Source: Mesoplasma florum L1 (GTDB lineage: Bacteria > Bacillota_I > Bacilli_A > Mycoplasmatales > Mycoplasmataceae). From it: a stretch of 32,000 nucleotides of DNA. Under the pieces are notes generated by a model. That model did no database searches. It worked only from the letters and a program-made list of their open reading frames with translations, and was not told the origin of the DNA. Shown here one piece after another: positions 10,521 through 20,517 of this stretch (positions within the stretch are counted from its first letter, which is position 1; each line of letters begins with the position of its first letter). Made by a program: the position numbers and the translations under genes. The stretch lies in the NCBI RefSeq assembly GCF_000008305.1, contig NC_006055.1:240001-272000 (forward strand), written 5' to 3'.

Positions 10521-10941
10521 CTTGCAATTTAATTCTTTTTTCCGCAGCTTTTAAATTTAGTTTAGCTTTTTTAAGTCTTATTTTAGCATTTCTTATTTTA
10601 GCTTTAAAAGTTATTTTTTCAAATTCATTTTTATTAGATTTTAATTCTTGTTTTCTTTGATCCAATTCAAGTTTAGCAACGTTTACTTCGGCTTTGGCTA
10701 ACTTTAATTCACTTAAAGATCTTTCATGAATCTCATGCGAATTGAAAAAGCTAGTGTAATCTATTGTCATTTCTTCTGTTGAATGAGTGTTTTCGTTATT
10801 TTCATATATTTTAGCTATTAATTTATGTTCTCTAGCTAGTTTTTTTGCTTCTGATATTGCATCTTCTTTTTCTTTAAAAGAACCTAATTCGTCTTGTGTT
10901 ACTATAACTTCTTTTTCATTTTTAACTATTTTTCATGGCAT
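10504..10941 (-). CDS. Small hypothetical basic/coiled-coil protein (145 aa)
   Basis: Minus-strand ORF 10504-10770 extends upstream without stop to ATG at 10941 (MPWKIVKNEKEVIVTQDELGSLKEKEDAISEAKKLAREHK...), one TGA=Trp. Preceded by a minus-strand TATAAT and a purine-rich RBS. Confidence 0.75.
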
Positions 10942-10967
10942 AAATAAAAACCCTTTTCTTTTTATTT

Positions 10968-10973
10968 ATTATA
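10968..10973 (-). promoter_or_regulatory. Candidate -10 box (TATAAT) for the small hypothetical gene 10504-10941
   Basis: TATAAT on the minus strand about 27 nt upstream of the ATG. Confidence 0.35.
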
Positions 10974-11050
10974 TTAAATACTTAGAAGAAAAACAAACTT
11001 AAATATAAAGAACAAAAAAAGGACTCATAGTCCTAAATTTTTTTTGAGAT

Positions 11051-11135
11051 TGGTGCCTCCTATCGGGGTCGAACCGATACGAGTTTCCTCGTCAGATTTT
11101 GAGTCTGATGCGTCTGCCAATTCCGCCAAGGAGGC
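11051..11135 (-). tRNA. tRNA-Leu (anticodon CAA)
   Basis: GCCTCCTTGGCGGAATTGGCAGACGCATCAGACTCAAAATCTGACGAGG...GGTTCGACCCCGATAGGAGGCACCA. 7-bp acceptor stem, long variable arm (class II), anticodon loop CTCAAAA, encoded CCA. Confidence 0.95.
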
Positions 11136-11189
11136 ATATAACAATTATAATACTTTTTTTGGTAAAATAATTCTAATGAAAGAGGTATT

Positions 11190-11933
11190 ATGAAAAAACA
11201 AGAAAATAAAATACTGATGCTAAATATATTTAATATACTAGTTACAATACTTTTCAATTTATTAATCATTGCAGTTATAATCTTTGTTTGTGTTTCATTG
11301 AAGCAAGTTATAGTAGCTATATTAGCTGTGTTACCAATTGTTTCAATTATTTCACTAATTATTTTTTATACAATTTCGTATAAGAAAAGAAAAATAGGAG
11401 TAACTAACTTATTATTATTTATGTGTTCAATTAACATTCCTTCATTATTAATTAGTTATAAAATTATTTCTGAATTAGAAACTTTAGATATTTTTGCAAA
11501 TGCTAATAATGATGAAAAAACAATTGAAAAAAACAACTTAATGGCTGATTGAGAAATTAAAATTGAACAAGAAAAGATTGAAAAAAAATTAGCAAAATTA
11601 AATTCTAAAAATGAATCTAATAATAACTCTAAAAAAGTTATTGAACAAAAAAGAGAAGAAAGAAAAAGAGAAATATATAAGAGTTATTCAAAATTTGTTT
11701 ACAATAAAATTATTAAAAAATATCCTGATGAAAAAAATACTTTTAAATTGATATCACTAACAACTGAAGCTTTAGAAAATTCAAATTTTCTTGGTGCATA
11801 TATAAAACAAGAAAAATTAATTAATTTATTACAAGAGTTTGATTGAACCAAAGAGCAGGTAATAGAAATTCTAAATGAAAAAGATATTGAGCAAATTGTT
11901 ATAACATTTAAAGAAAATAGAAAAAACTTTTAG
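11190..11933 (+). CDS. Hypothetical membrane protein with C-terminal charged coiled-coil region
   Basis: ATG 11190 to TAG 11931-11933, joined via TGA=Trp at 11553. Hydrophobic segments in the first ~100 aa then KIEQEKIEKKLAKLNSKNESNNNSKKVIEQKREERKREI. Confidence 0.75.
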
Positions 11934-11936
11934 AAA

Positions 11937-11966
11937 AAAACACATGCGTTTAAGCATGTGTTTTAT
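11937..11966. terminator. Bidirectional terminator between convergent genes
   Basis: AAAACACATGC / GCATGTGTTTT stem with GTTTAA loop. Confidence 0.85.
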
Positions 11967-11970
11967 TTTA

Positions 11971-12171
11971 TTAAGCAACAACTACGTTTTGTTTTTTTAA
12001 AGTTCTTAAAGTTCTTGCTGAAACTTTGATAGTGAATACATTACCGTTTTCGTCCATAACTTTAACTTTTTGTAAGTTTAAATTTCATTTTCTTTTTGTT
12101 GCATTTAAAGCGTGTGATCTTGAATTACCAGATAACGCACTTTTACCAGTTAACATATCTTTTCTTGCCAT
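11971..12171 (-). CDS. rpmB: 50S ribosomal protein L28
   Basis: Minus strand [66 protein letters not shown]; missed by the TGA=stop track. Confidence 0.95.
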
Positions 12172-12261
12172 CTCATTTCACCTCTGTCTATAGTTAAGAT
12201 TAATAACACTAAAAAAATAATACTAAAAATAAAGAGATAATACAACATATATAATAAAATT

Positions 12262-12289
12262 TTGCTTTTTTACCCAACTTTTATATAAT
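12262..12289 (+). promoter_or_regulatory. Candidate promoter for the Asp23/fakA genes (TTGCTT - 16 nt - TATAAT)
   Basis: TTGCTT at 12262-12267 and TATAAT at 12284-12289, upstream of the GTG at 12327. Confidence 0.5.
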
Positions 12290-12326
12290 ATTGTTAAAAT
12301 AATATAAGTGAAAGTAAGGTGATTTT

Positions 12327-12638
12327 GTGAACACAATAGACAAATCAGTGATTAAAGTTATTAAAGATGCAATAGTAACAGTTCCTGGTGTAGTTTCATT
12401 TTCTAATTTTAATGCAGATTCTTATGATGAGATTGCAACAAATGATATTAACAACGCTATTGAGTTTACGAACACTGACAATATAACTCGTTTCAGAATA
12501 CATGTTATAATATTATCTGGTGTTAATATCAAAGATGTTATAAAAGAAATACAAATTAGAGTAAAATACGAATTAGAAAAAATCTCAAAATTTACTATGA
12601 AATACATGGTAGATGTTGTGGTTGACGATTTAGCTTAA
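12327..12638 (+). CDS. Asp23/Gls24 family envelope stress response protein (YloU-like)
   Basis: GTG 12327 with an upstream AAGTAAGGTG region; short Asp23-like domain (VIKDAIVTVPGVVSF... ); conserved position just before fakA. Confidence 0.8.
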   Translation: MNTIDKSVIKVIKDAIVTVPGVVSFSNFNADSYDEIATNDINNAIEFTNTDNITRFRIHVIILSGVNIKDVIKEIQIRVKYELEKISKFTMKYMVDVVVDDLA

Positions 12639-12666
12639 AAGCAATAATGATAGGTGAAGGAAGAAA

Positions 12667-14313
12667 ATGGAAAAATTAATTTTAATAAAAGACTCAATGA
12701 CGAGTGCTGTAAACAATTTATATAATAACTACCCACATATTGATAAGCTTAACGTTTTCCCTGTTCCAGATGGAGATACAGGGACTAACATGAATCTTAC
12801 TGCTACAAATGGATACAATGATGTTAAAGATATTGAATTTAAAACAATTGGTGAATTTTTAAATGCTTTTTCTAGAGGTTTAATTATGGGAGCTAGAGGT
12901 AACTCTGGTGTTATTTTTTCTCAAATCATTAAGGGTCTAGCAAAAGGAATGAATGATGCATCAGAATTATCTGCAGCAGAATGAAAAAAAGGTTTTGCAG
13001 AATCTAAAATAATTGCTTATAGAGCGGTAATGAAACCTGTTGAAGGTACAATTTTAACTGTTATTAGAGAAGTAGCTGAACAATCAGCTTTATTACCTGA
13101 TGATATGGAAATTAAAGAATTTTGAAATAAAATAATTTTAATTGCTAATGAAGCTTTAGAAAACACTCCTAATTTATTACAAGCACTTAAAGATGTTGGT
13201 GTTGTTGACTCTGGTGCTTATGGATTAGTTAAATTTTTAGAAGGTATGAATTCAGTATTCCAATCAAACAAAATAATTGCAAAAACAGACAAACTTGAAA
13301 TCAATGAAGGTGGAAACATCGAAATGGAAATTGAAGCTGAGTTTGGTTATTGTACTGAAGGTATTGTAATGTTAAATGAAGAATGAATTAACAAACTACA
13401 AACTAGTGCAATTAGAGATCAATTACAAATTTATGGAAATACTTCAATTGTTGTTGTTATTGATGAAGATATTTTAAAAGTTCATACACACGCATTAAGT
13501 CCAGGTCAAGTATTAATGTTCTTACAACAATATGGTGATTTTAAAACTATTAAAGTAGATAATATGAATTTACAAGCAGATAAGCAAGTTAAAGGTAATG
13601 AAGCTTCAGGATGACAAGAAACTACATCAATTAAACTTGAAAGAAAATTAAACAATGATTATGCAACTATAGCGGTTGTATCTTCACCAGAAATGAAAAA
13701 ATACTTTGAAAAAGAACTTGGTATTGATATAGCAATTGATGGAGGTTCTAAAATGAATCCTTCAACTAACGATTTCTTAAAAGCTATTGAAGAAGTTGAT
13801 GCTAAAGCTGTTTATTTAATGCCTAATAACGGAAACGTTTTATTGGCAGCAAAACAAGCAGAAAAAGAAGAAACTAAATCAAAAATAATAGTTATTCCAA
13901 CAAAAACTATTCAACAAGGAATGACTGCAGCATTATCTTTTGATCCTTCTGCAACAACAATGAAAAATACAAAAGCAATAACATCAGCAATTAAAAATGT
14001 GATTTCTTTCCAAGTGTCACAAGCTGCAAAAGATTCTGTTGTTAACGGAATTAAAATTAAAAAAGATCAACAAATGGCTATCGTGGATGGAAAAATTGTT
14101 GGTACAGCTAATGATATTGGCATTTTATTTGAAAAACAATTATCAAGATATATAACAAATAAAACAGAAATTATAACTATTTTTATTGGTCAAGATGCAT
14201 CAGCTAAAAGTGTTAGTCAATTGAGAAAATTCTTAGATGAAAATTTCGACGTTGAATATGAGATTATTGAAGGTGGACAAAAAGTTTACAGTTTCATAAT
14301 CGCAGTAGAATAA
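12667..14313 (+). CDS. fakA: DAK2-domain fatty acid kinase, ATP-binding subunit (YloV/FakA)
   Basis: Fragments 12667 and 13693 are in one frame across TGA=Trp. HIDKLNVFPVPDGDTGTNMNLT, GARGNSGVIFSQI, later VDSGAYGLVKFLEGM. Confidence 0.92.
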
Positions 14314-14319
14314 TTTATT

Positions 14320-14341
14320 AAAACACCAATTTGGTGTTTTA
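14320..14341 (+). terminator. Possible terminator or attenuator between fakA and plsX
   Basis: AAACACC / GGTGTTT stem with AATTT loop followed by T residues. Confidence 0.5.
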
Positions 14342-14376
14342 ATTTTATAAAATAATTAAAAAGGTAGGTACTACAA

Positions 14377-15372
14377 ATGTATAAAATAGCGTTTGATGTT
14401 ATGGGTTCAGATAATGGTAGTGCAGTTGCAATAGAAGCTGCAAGCAGATTTATAAAATCAAGAAAAGATTTATATCTTGTTTTTGTTGGTGATGAAGACC
14501 AAATAAAAACATCTTTAGAAAAATTCCCAATTGACGAGTCAAGATTTGAAATTTTAGCAACAAAAGAATTTATTGATATGAATGGTTCAATTATGGATAT
14601 TAGAAGAAAAAAAGATTCATCTATGGTTAGAGCTTTAGAAACTTTAAAGGATAAAAAAGTTGATGCAATGATTACTGGTGGAAATTCTGCTGCATTTATT
14701 GCAGGTTCACATTTTATTCTTGGTGAATTAAATGGAATTTCTAGACCAGGGTTCATGCCAACTCTTCCAACAGCTGTAAGCAATAAATTAACTTTATTGC
14801 TTGATGTAGGGGCAAATCTTGAAGCTGACATTGAAGATATCATAGGATATGCAAAAATGGCTAATATATATGCTAAAAACGTCTTAAAAATAGAAAATCC
14901 TTTGATTGCACAATTAAATATAGGTGAAGAAAAGTCAAAAGGTACTTTATTACAAAAAGAAATATATAAAGAATTAGAATCAGATGAGAATATTAACTTT
15001 TTTGGTAATTTAGAATCAAGAGATATATTAGCTGGTAAAGTTGACATTATAGTTACTGATGGTTATACAGGAAATATGTGTTTAAAAGCTTTCGAAGGAG
15101 CTTCTAAAATTTTAATGACTGAGATTAAATCACAATTGTATAAAACAATTTTTACAAAATTAAAAGCCTTAACACTTAAAAAATCATTTGATAATGTTTC
15201 AAAAAAATTTGATTACAAAAATCACTCTGGTGCTATTCTACTAGGAGTTGAAGGGATTGCTTTTAAAGCTCATGGTTCAAGTGATGTTAAATCATTTGAA
15301 GCAACACTAAGAATGACTTGTGATGCAGTGGAAAATGACGTATTAAATAAAATTAAAAAGGAATTGAATTAA
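14377..15372 (+). CDS. plsX: Phosphate acyltransferase PlsX
   Basis: [83 protein letters not shown]. Confidence 0.95.
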   Translation: MYKIAFDVMGSDNGSAVAIEAASRFIKSRKDLYLVFVGDEDQIKTSLEKFPIDESRFEILATKEFIDMNGSIMDIRRKKDSSMVRALETLKDKKVDAMITGGNSAAFIAGSHFILGELNGISRPGFMPTLPTAVSNKLTLLLDVGANLEADIEDIIGYAKMANIYAKNVLKIENPLIAQLNIGEEKSKGTLLQKEIYKELESDENINFFGNLESRDILAGKVDIIVTDGYTGNMCLKAFEGASKILMTEIKSQLYKTIFTKLKALTLKKSFDNVSKKFDYKNHSGAILLGVEGIAFKAHGSSDVKSFEATLRMTCDAVENDVLNKIKKELN

Positions 15373-15373
15373 T

Positions 15374-16069
15374 ATGACAATGCATGAATTTTTTGAAAAT
15401 TTTGGAATAAAAATTAATGATTCAAAAATATTTAGTACTGCTTTAACTCATAATTCATATGCTAATGAAACTAAAACAAAAGAAACATACCAAAGACTTG
15501 AATTTCTAGGTGATGCAGTTTTACAAATGTATGTTTCTAAGTTTCTTTATTTAAATTTCACAAATGCACCAGAAGGTAAACTAACAAAAACAAGGTCTGA
15601 TATTGTTAGACAAGAAACATTAAGTGAAATTGCAAAGATGATAGATTTAGGAAAAATTATAAGATTAGGTCAGGGAGAAATAAAATCTAAAGGTTATGAA
15701 AAACCTTCTATTTTATCTGACGTATATGAAGCTGTTACAGCTGCTATATATTTAGATCAAACCGAAGAAGTGCTCATATCATGAATAAAGTCAACAATAT
15801 TCAAATACATTGAAAAAAATGATTATAAAGAATTAAATCATGATTATAAATCAGAATTACAAGAAATTATTCAAGCTGAAATAAGAAGTGATCTAGAATA
15901 TAGGGTTGAAAGCCAAAAACACATCGAAAAAGATAATAAAATTGAGTACACTGTTAGCGTTAATTTAGATGGAAAAAAATACGGTATTGGAACTGGATTT
16001 TCTAAACAAGAAGCATCACAAAATGCAGCAAAAGATTGCTTAAATAAACTTAAAAAATCAGCAAAATAA
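15374..16069 (+). CDS. rnc: Ribonuclease III
   Basis: [40 protein letters not shown]-terminal dsRBD; joined through TGA=Trp at 15782, TAA 16067-16069. Confidence 0.95.
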
Positions 16070-16075
16070 AGAGCC

Positions 16076-16102
16076 AAAAGTGAGAATTTATCTCACTTTT
16101 TA
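16076..16102 (+). terminator. Rho-independent terminator after rnc
   Basis: AAAAGTGAGA / TCTCACTTTT stem with ATTTA loop and T-run. Confidence 0.8.
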
Positions 16103-16218
16103 TTTCTTAAAATATAGCTTTTATACATAGTATAAAGAAAGAAAAAACTAACACTTTTTCCAGTTTTTTGCTATAATTTTATTAGTTATTACATTTAAAT
16201 TTAAGGAGTTAATAAATT

Positions 16219-19206
16219 ATGCTATTTTTAAAACAGATTAGAGCAGTCGGATTTAAGTCATTTGCAGAACCAACAACTTTAAACTTCACAAAAGAAATGA
16301 TTGGTGTTGTTGGACCAAATGGGTCAGGTAAATCAAATATTACAGATTCTATAAGATGAGCATTGGGTGAGCAATCAACAAAATCATTACGTGGAGCTAA
16401 TATGGATGATATTGTTTTTTCAGGAAGCACTGACAAACCAGCAGCAGACTTTGCAGAGGTAACTTTAGTTTTTGATAACCAAAGAGACATATTCTCTACT
16501 ATAAAAACAGATGTTGTTGAAATCACAAGAAGATTTAATAAAAAAACTCGTGACAGTGACTTTTTCATTAACGGTGAAAAATGTAAATTAAGAGATATTC
16601 AAGATGTTGCTTTAGAAACTGGACTAACAAAATCAAGTATTGCAATTATTTCTCAAGGAACAATCTCAACATTTGCTGAAGCAAAACCCGATGCAAGAAG
16701 AGAAATTTTTGATGAAGCCGCTGGTTTAGCAAAATACAAAAAAAGAAAATTAGAAGCTCTAAAACAATTAGCCAAAACTACTGAAAATTTAACAAGAATA
16801 AGTGATATTAAGTTAACTCTAGAAAAAAGATTACCAAGAGAAAAAGAAAAAGCAGAAAAAGCTGCTAAATATAAAGATAAAATTGAAGAACTACAAAAAA
16901 TTGAATTAACTATATTAGCAAGTGATGCGTTAAGATTTGAAACTGAATTATCTTCATTAAGAGATAAAAGACGTCAATTAGATATAGAAGTTCAAAAGTT
17001 AGCAAATGAAATTAACTTATCTCAAGATGAATTAGATGTAATGTTATCTAAAAATGGGGATGCTGATAAAGAAATAACTCAATTAAATTTAAACTTCCAA
17101 AGAATTGTTGAAAGAATAGCAAACTTAAAAAATCAAAAACAACAAGTTGAAGCAAGAGAAAACTCAGAAAATGTTAATGAAAATATTGATGACATAAAAG
17201 CAAGAGCAATTAAAAAAGAGTTTGATGAAAAATCAATATCTTTAAATAGTGAAAAGGATCTTATTATTAGTCTTGAAAGACAAGAATTAGATTTAAAGAA
17301 AAGATATGATGAAGTAAATGATCAATTTAGAACTTTCCATATGCAATCACAAGAGATTGAATCAGAAAAGAATAAATTACAATATCGTTTAGAAGAACTT
17401 GAACATAAACAAAATACAAATAATTTAAATCCTATGTCAGGTGCAAAAGCTATTATTGATAATGCAAAAAGATTATCTGGAGTTGTTGGTACTGTTGGTT
17501 CATTAATCGATGTAAAAGAAGAACACCAAATAGCAATTTCATTAATTACAGGTAACCATTTACAATCAGTTGTATTTAAAACAAGTGATGATGCTAAAAA
17601 AGGAATTGAATTCTTAAAAAATCAAAGATTAGGTAGAGTTAATGCATTACCTATTGATACTTTGAATCCTTCTTCAATCGCTGGCCCACAAAGAGACATA
17701 ATAAAAAGAGCTCCAGGGTTCGTTGGTTTTGCTAATGAATTAGTTGAAATTGAAAAAGACTGCCAAGTAGTATTAGATTATATTTATGGTACAACAATTG
17801 TTACAAGAAACTTTGATGATGCAACTAGACTTGGAAAAAGTATTAACTTCCGTTATGGAATAGTTTCATTAGATGGTCAAAGAGTTTTACCTAGAGGTGC
17901 AATGAGTGGGGGTTCTGTTAACAAAGCTTCAAATATATTTGCAGCTAAAAAAGTTGATGAATCATTTGATCCAGAATCAATTAAAAATAAAATTATTACA
18001 TTAGATAAAATATTTAATGAAAAACAAAAAACATTTAATGATTTAAAAGAAGTAAGAGAAAAATTAATTGACGATATAAATCAAGCATCATCAAATATTA
18101 GGATTGGTAAAAACTCAATCAACATACTTAATTCTTCATTAGTAGAATTATCAGATAACTACAAAATTATTACAGGTAAAGATTTATTGAATAATCAAAC
18201 CACTTCTTCATTTGACGAATCTGAATCAATTAGGTTAGCTAGAGAAATTGCTAAACTAGAAACTGAAAGAAATGAAATTTCAATTAAAGTTAACGCACTA
18301 TCAGATTCAAAAACAAAAACAACTGATCGTCAACATGAATTAAATAAAGAAAACAAAGAAAAACGTGAAACTTTAAATAATTGAAAAGATGAATTAGCAA
18401 ATGTTAAATCAGACTTAACTATTTTAGAATCTACAAACATTCAAATTCTAAAAAGATTGTCAGAAGGATACAATTTATCACTTGATGCAATTAGAGAAAT
18501 GCATTTTGATGAAATCGAAAACCCAGAAGAAACAAGAACTAGAATTCAAGAATTAACTATTGAATTAAAATCAATTGGTGAAGTTTCAATGGATGCAATT
18601 CAAGAATATGAAGAAACTAAAAAAGAGTACGATTACTATGTTACAAATTTAAATGAAGTTCAAGAATCAGCAGACAAATTAAACGAAATAATTTTAAATA
18701 TTGACATTGAAATGAAAACTCAATTTAAACGTATTGTTGATGATGTTAATGCTGCTTTACCTGAAGCATTCCAAAAATTATTTAATGGTGGAACAGCAAG
18801 CTTAATTTATACAAATCCAGATGATATATTAGAAACTGGAATTGATATTGAAGTTAATCCTCCAGGTAAAAAAATTACAAACTTGAATTTATTAAGTGGT
18901 GGAGAAAAATCATTGGTTGCACTATCAGTGCTATTCTCAATCTTAAAAGTAAGACCATTGCCATTAGTTATTTTAGATGAGGCAGAAGCTCCATTAGATC
19001 CAGCTAACGTAACAAGATTTGCTCGTTATGTAAGAGATTTCGTTGAAAACACACAATTTATTATTGTAACTCACCGTGAAGGTACAATGGAAAACTGTGA
19101 TATCTTATATGGTGTAACTATGGAAACTAAAGGAATTACAAAAATTGTTCAATTAGCTTTAGATATCGATAAAATTAAAAAATTAATAAATAAAAACAAA
19201 GAATAA
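16219..19206 (+). CDS. smc: Chromosome segregation ATPase SMC (995 aa)
   Basis: AAGGAG RBS, ATG 16219. MLFLKQIRAVGFKSFAEPTTLNF, Walker A GVVGPNGSGKSNITDS, long coiled coils, hinge region, LLSGGEKSLVALSVLFSI and VILDEAEAPLDPANV; TGA=Trp joins at 16360 and 18384. Confidence 0.97.
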
Positions 19207-19210
19207 TTTA

Positions 19211-19235
19211 AAAATGCACATTTGTGCTTTTTTAT
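19211..19235 (+). terminator. Rho-independent terminator after smc
   Basis: GCAC ATTT GTGC hairpin followed by T-run. Confidence 0.6.
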
Positions 19236-19309
19236 TTTTTTTGACCCTTTAATCATAGATTAAATAAAGCAACTAAAAGTAACATTTTTAAAGTTTTAGA
19301 CACTTAAAT

Positions 19310-19318
19310 TGGTATAAT
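19310..19318 (+). promoter_or_regulatory. Extended -10 promoter element (TGGTATAAT) for the pst operon
   Basis: TGn-TATAAT at 19310-19318, 32 nt before the ATG of pstS and after the smc terminator. Confidence 0.55.
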
Positions 19319-19349
19319 ATTATTAATTATTTCTAAATAGGAGAAAAAC

Positions 19350-20489
19350 ATGAACAAGAAATTCTTTTTAGTTATGGTGATAGTTGTAGGAGCTATTGTT
19401 GGTCTTTGATCATGAACTTTAGTTGCCCCAAATAACTCAATTAGTATTGGTGGTAGTGCCAGTGTTCAACCATTATTAAAGAAACTTACTGATAAATATA
19501 AAACTGAAGATGGTAAAAAATTTGTTTATTCAGCAACAGGTTCTGGTGCTGGAGTTACCAATGTTAAAGAAGGCGTTTATGAAATAGGTTTTATTTCAAA
19601 AGACATTGGTGATAATGATTTCACTCCATTGCCAATAAATGAAAATAAAACTTTATTCAAAGATCTAACAGAAGAAAACATTAATGATAAGCATTGATAT
19701 TCAAATACTTTAGCAAGCACTCAAGGTACAGAAGAAACTTATCGTTCTATTGAATTTGCACGAGACTCAATTGTTTTTGTTTATAATGACCAAGGAACTG
19801 GTTTTGATAAATTTTTAAAAGATTCAAATTTAGAATTTGTTTTTGAAGTTAATGATGAAGGAAAATTTGATCAAAAAGATAATGCACAAGGCAAAAACAT
19901 AAATAGAAGTTATAAAATATTAAATGAAATTTATAATAATGATTCTCAAAATGATTTAATTACATGAAATCGCTTAGCTATTTTAATAGCTGAAAACTTT
20001 TCTGAAGAAGGAACTAAGGAACAAAATATTAAACTTGCCCAACAAGTTTCATCAACAGCTAAGGTAACACCTTATTCTTCAACAAGTGGTTCAGGAACAA
20101 GAACTTCATTTACTAATTTAACAGGTATTAATCCTGGTAATGCAGTCAAAGAATATGGAGCAAATGGAACAATTTATAGTCAAATAGAAAAATCACCTGG
20201 ATCAATTGGATTTGTTTCCATGCTATATGGTTCTGCAAATTCTTCAAGAGTAAAATCAGTAAAAATTAAGCAAGGAGACACAACTTGAGATCCTTCAAAA
20301 GATGATTCTGAAAAGTTGTCTTCTTACCCTTTAACAAGACCTTTTATAGCTATATACAAATATGATACAAACAATAAAGATTTAAATAGCATATTAGACT
20401 TTTTATTCTGAATGGCTGCAAGCCCAGAAGTTAAAAATTTATATTCATCTGTAGGTTTAACACAATTAGTTCAACCAACTAAAAAATAA
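19350..20489 (+). CDS. pstS: Phosphate ABC transporter substrate-binding protein (PstS-like)
   Basis: AGGAG RBS, ATG 19350. ISIGGSASVQPLLKKLTDKYK, YSATGSGAGVTNVKEGVYEIGFISKDI, YSSTSGSGTRTSF; immediately upstream of pst permease, ATPase and phoU genes. Many TGA=Trp codons, so absent from the ORF track. Confidence 0.9.
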
Positions 20490-20517
20490 AAACAAATTAC
20501 AATGGAAAGGAGCATTC

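Noticed and set aside
10787-11002. 71-aa plus-strand ORF
   Set aside because: Antisense to the code-4 extension of the minus-strand gene 10504-10941, which has a better start, RBS and -10 box.
11060-11269. 69-aa minus-strand ORF ending PPWRNWQTHQTQNLTRKLVSVRPR
   Set aside because: Part of it is a translation of the tRNA-Leu gene; not a protein-coding gene.
14286-15047. 253-aa minus-strand ORF
   Set aside because: Entirely antisense to plsX, whose motifs are unmistakable; an AT-rich frame shadow.
16209-16568. 119-aa minus-strand ORF
   Set aside because: Antisense to the SMC N-terminus including the Walker A region; no independent support.
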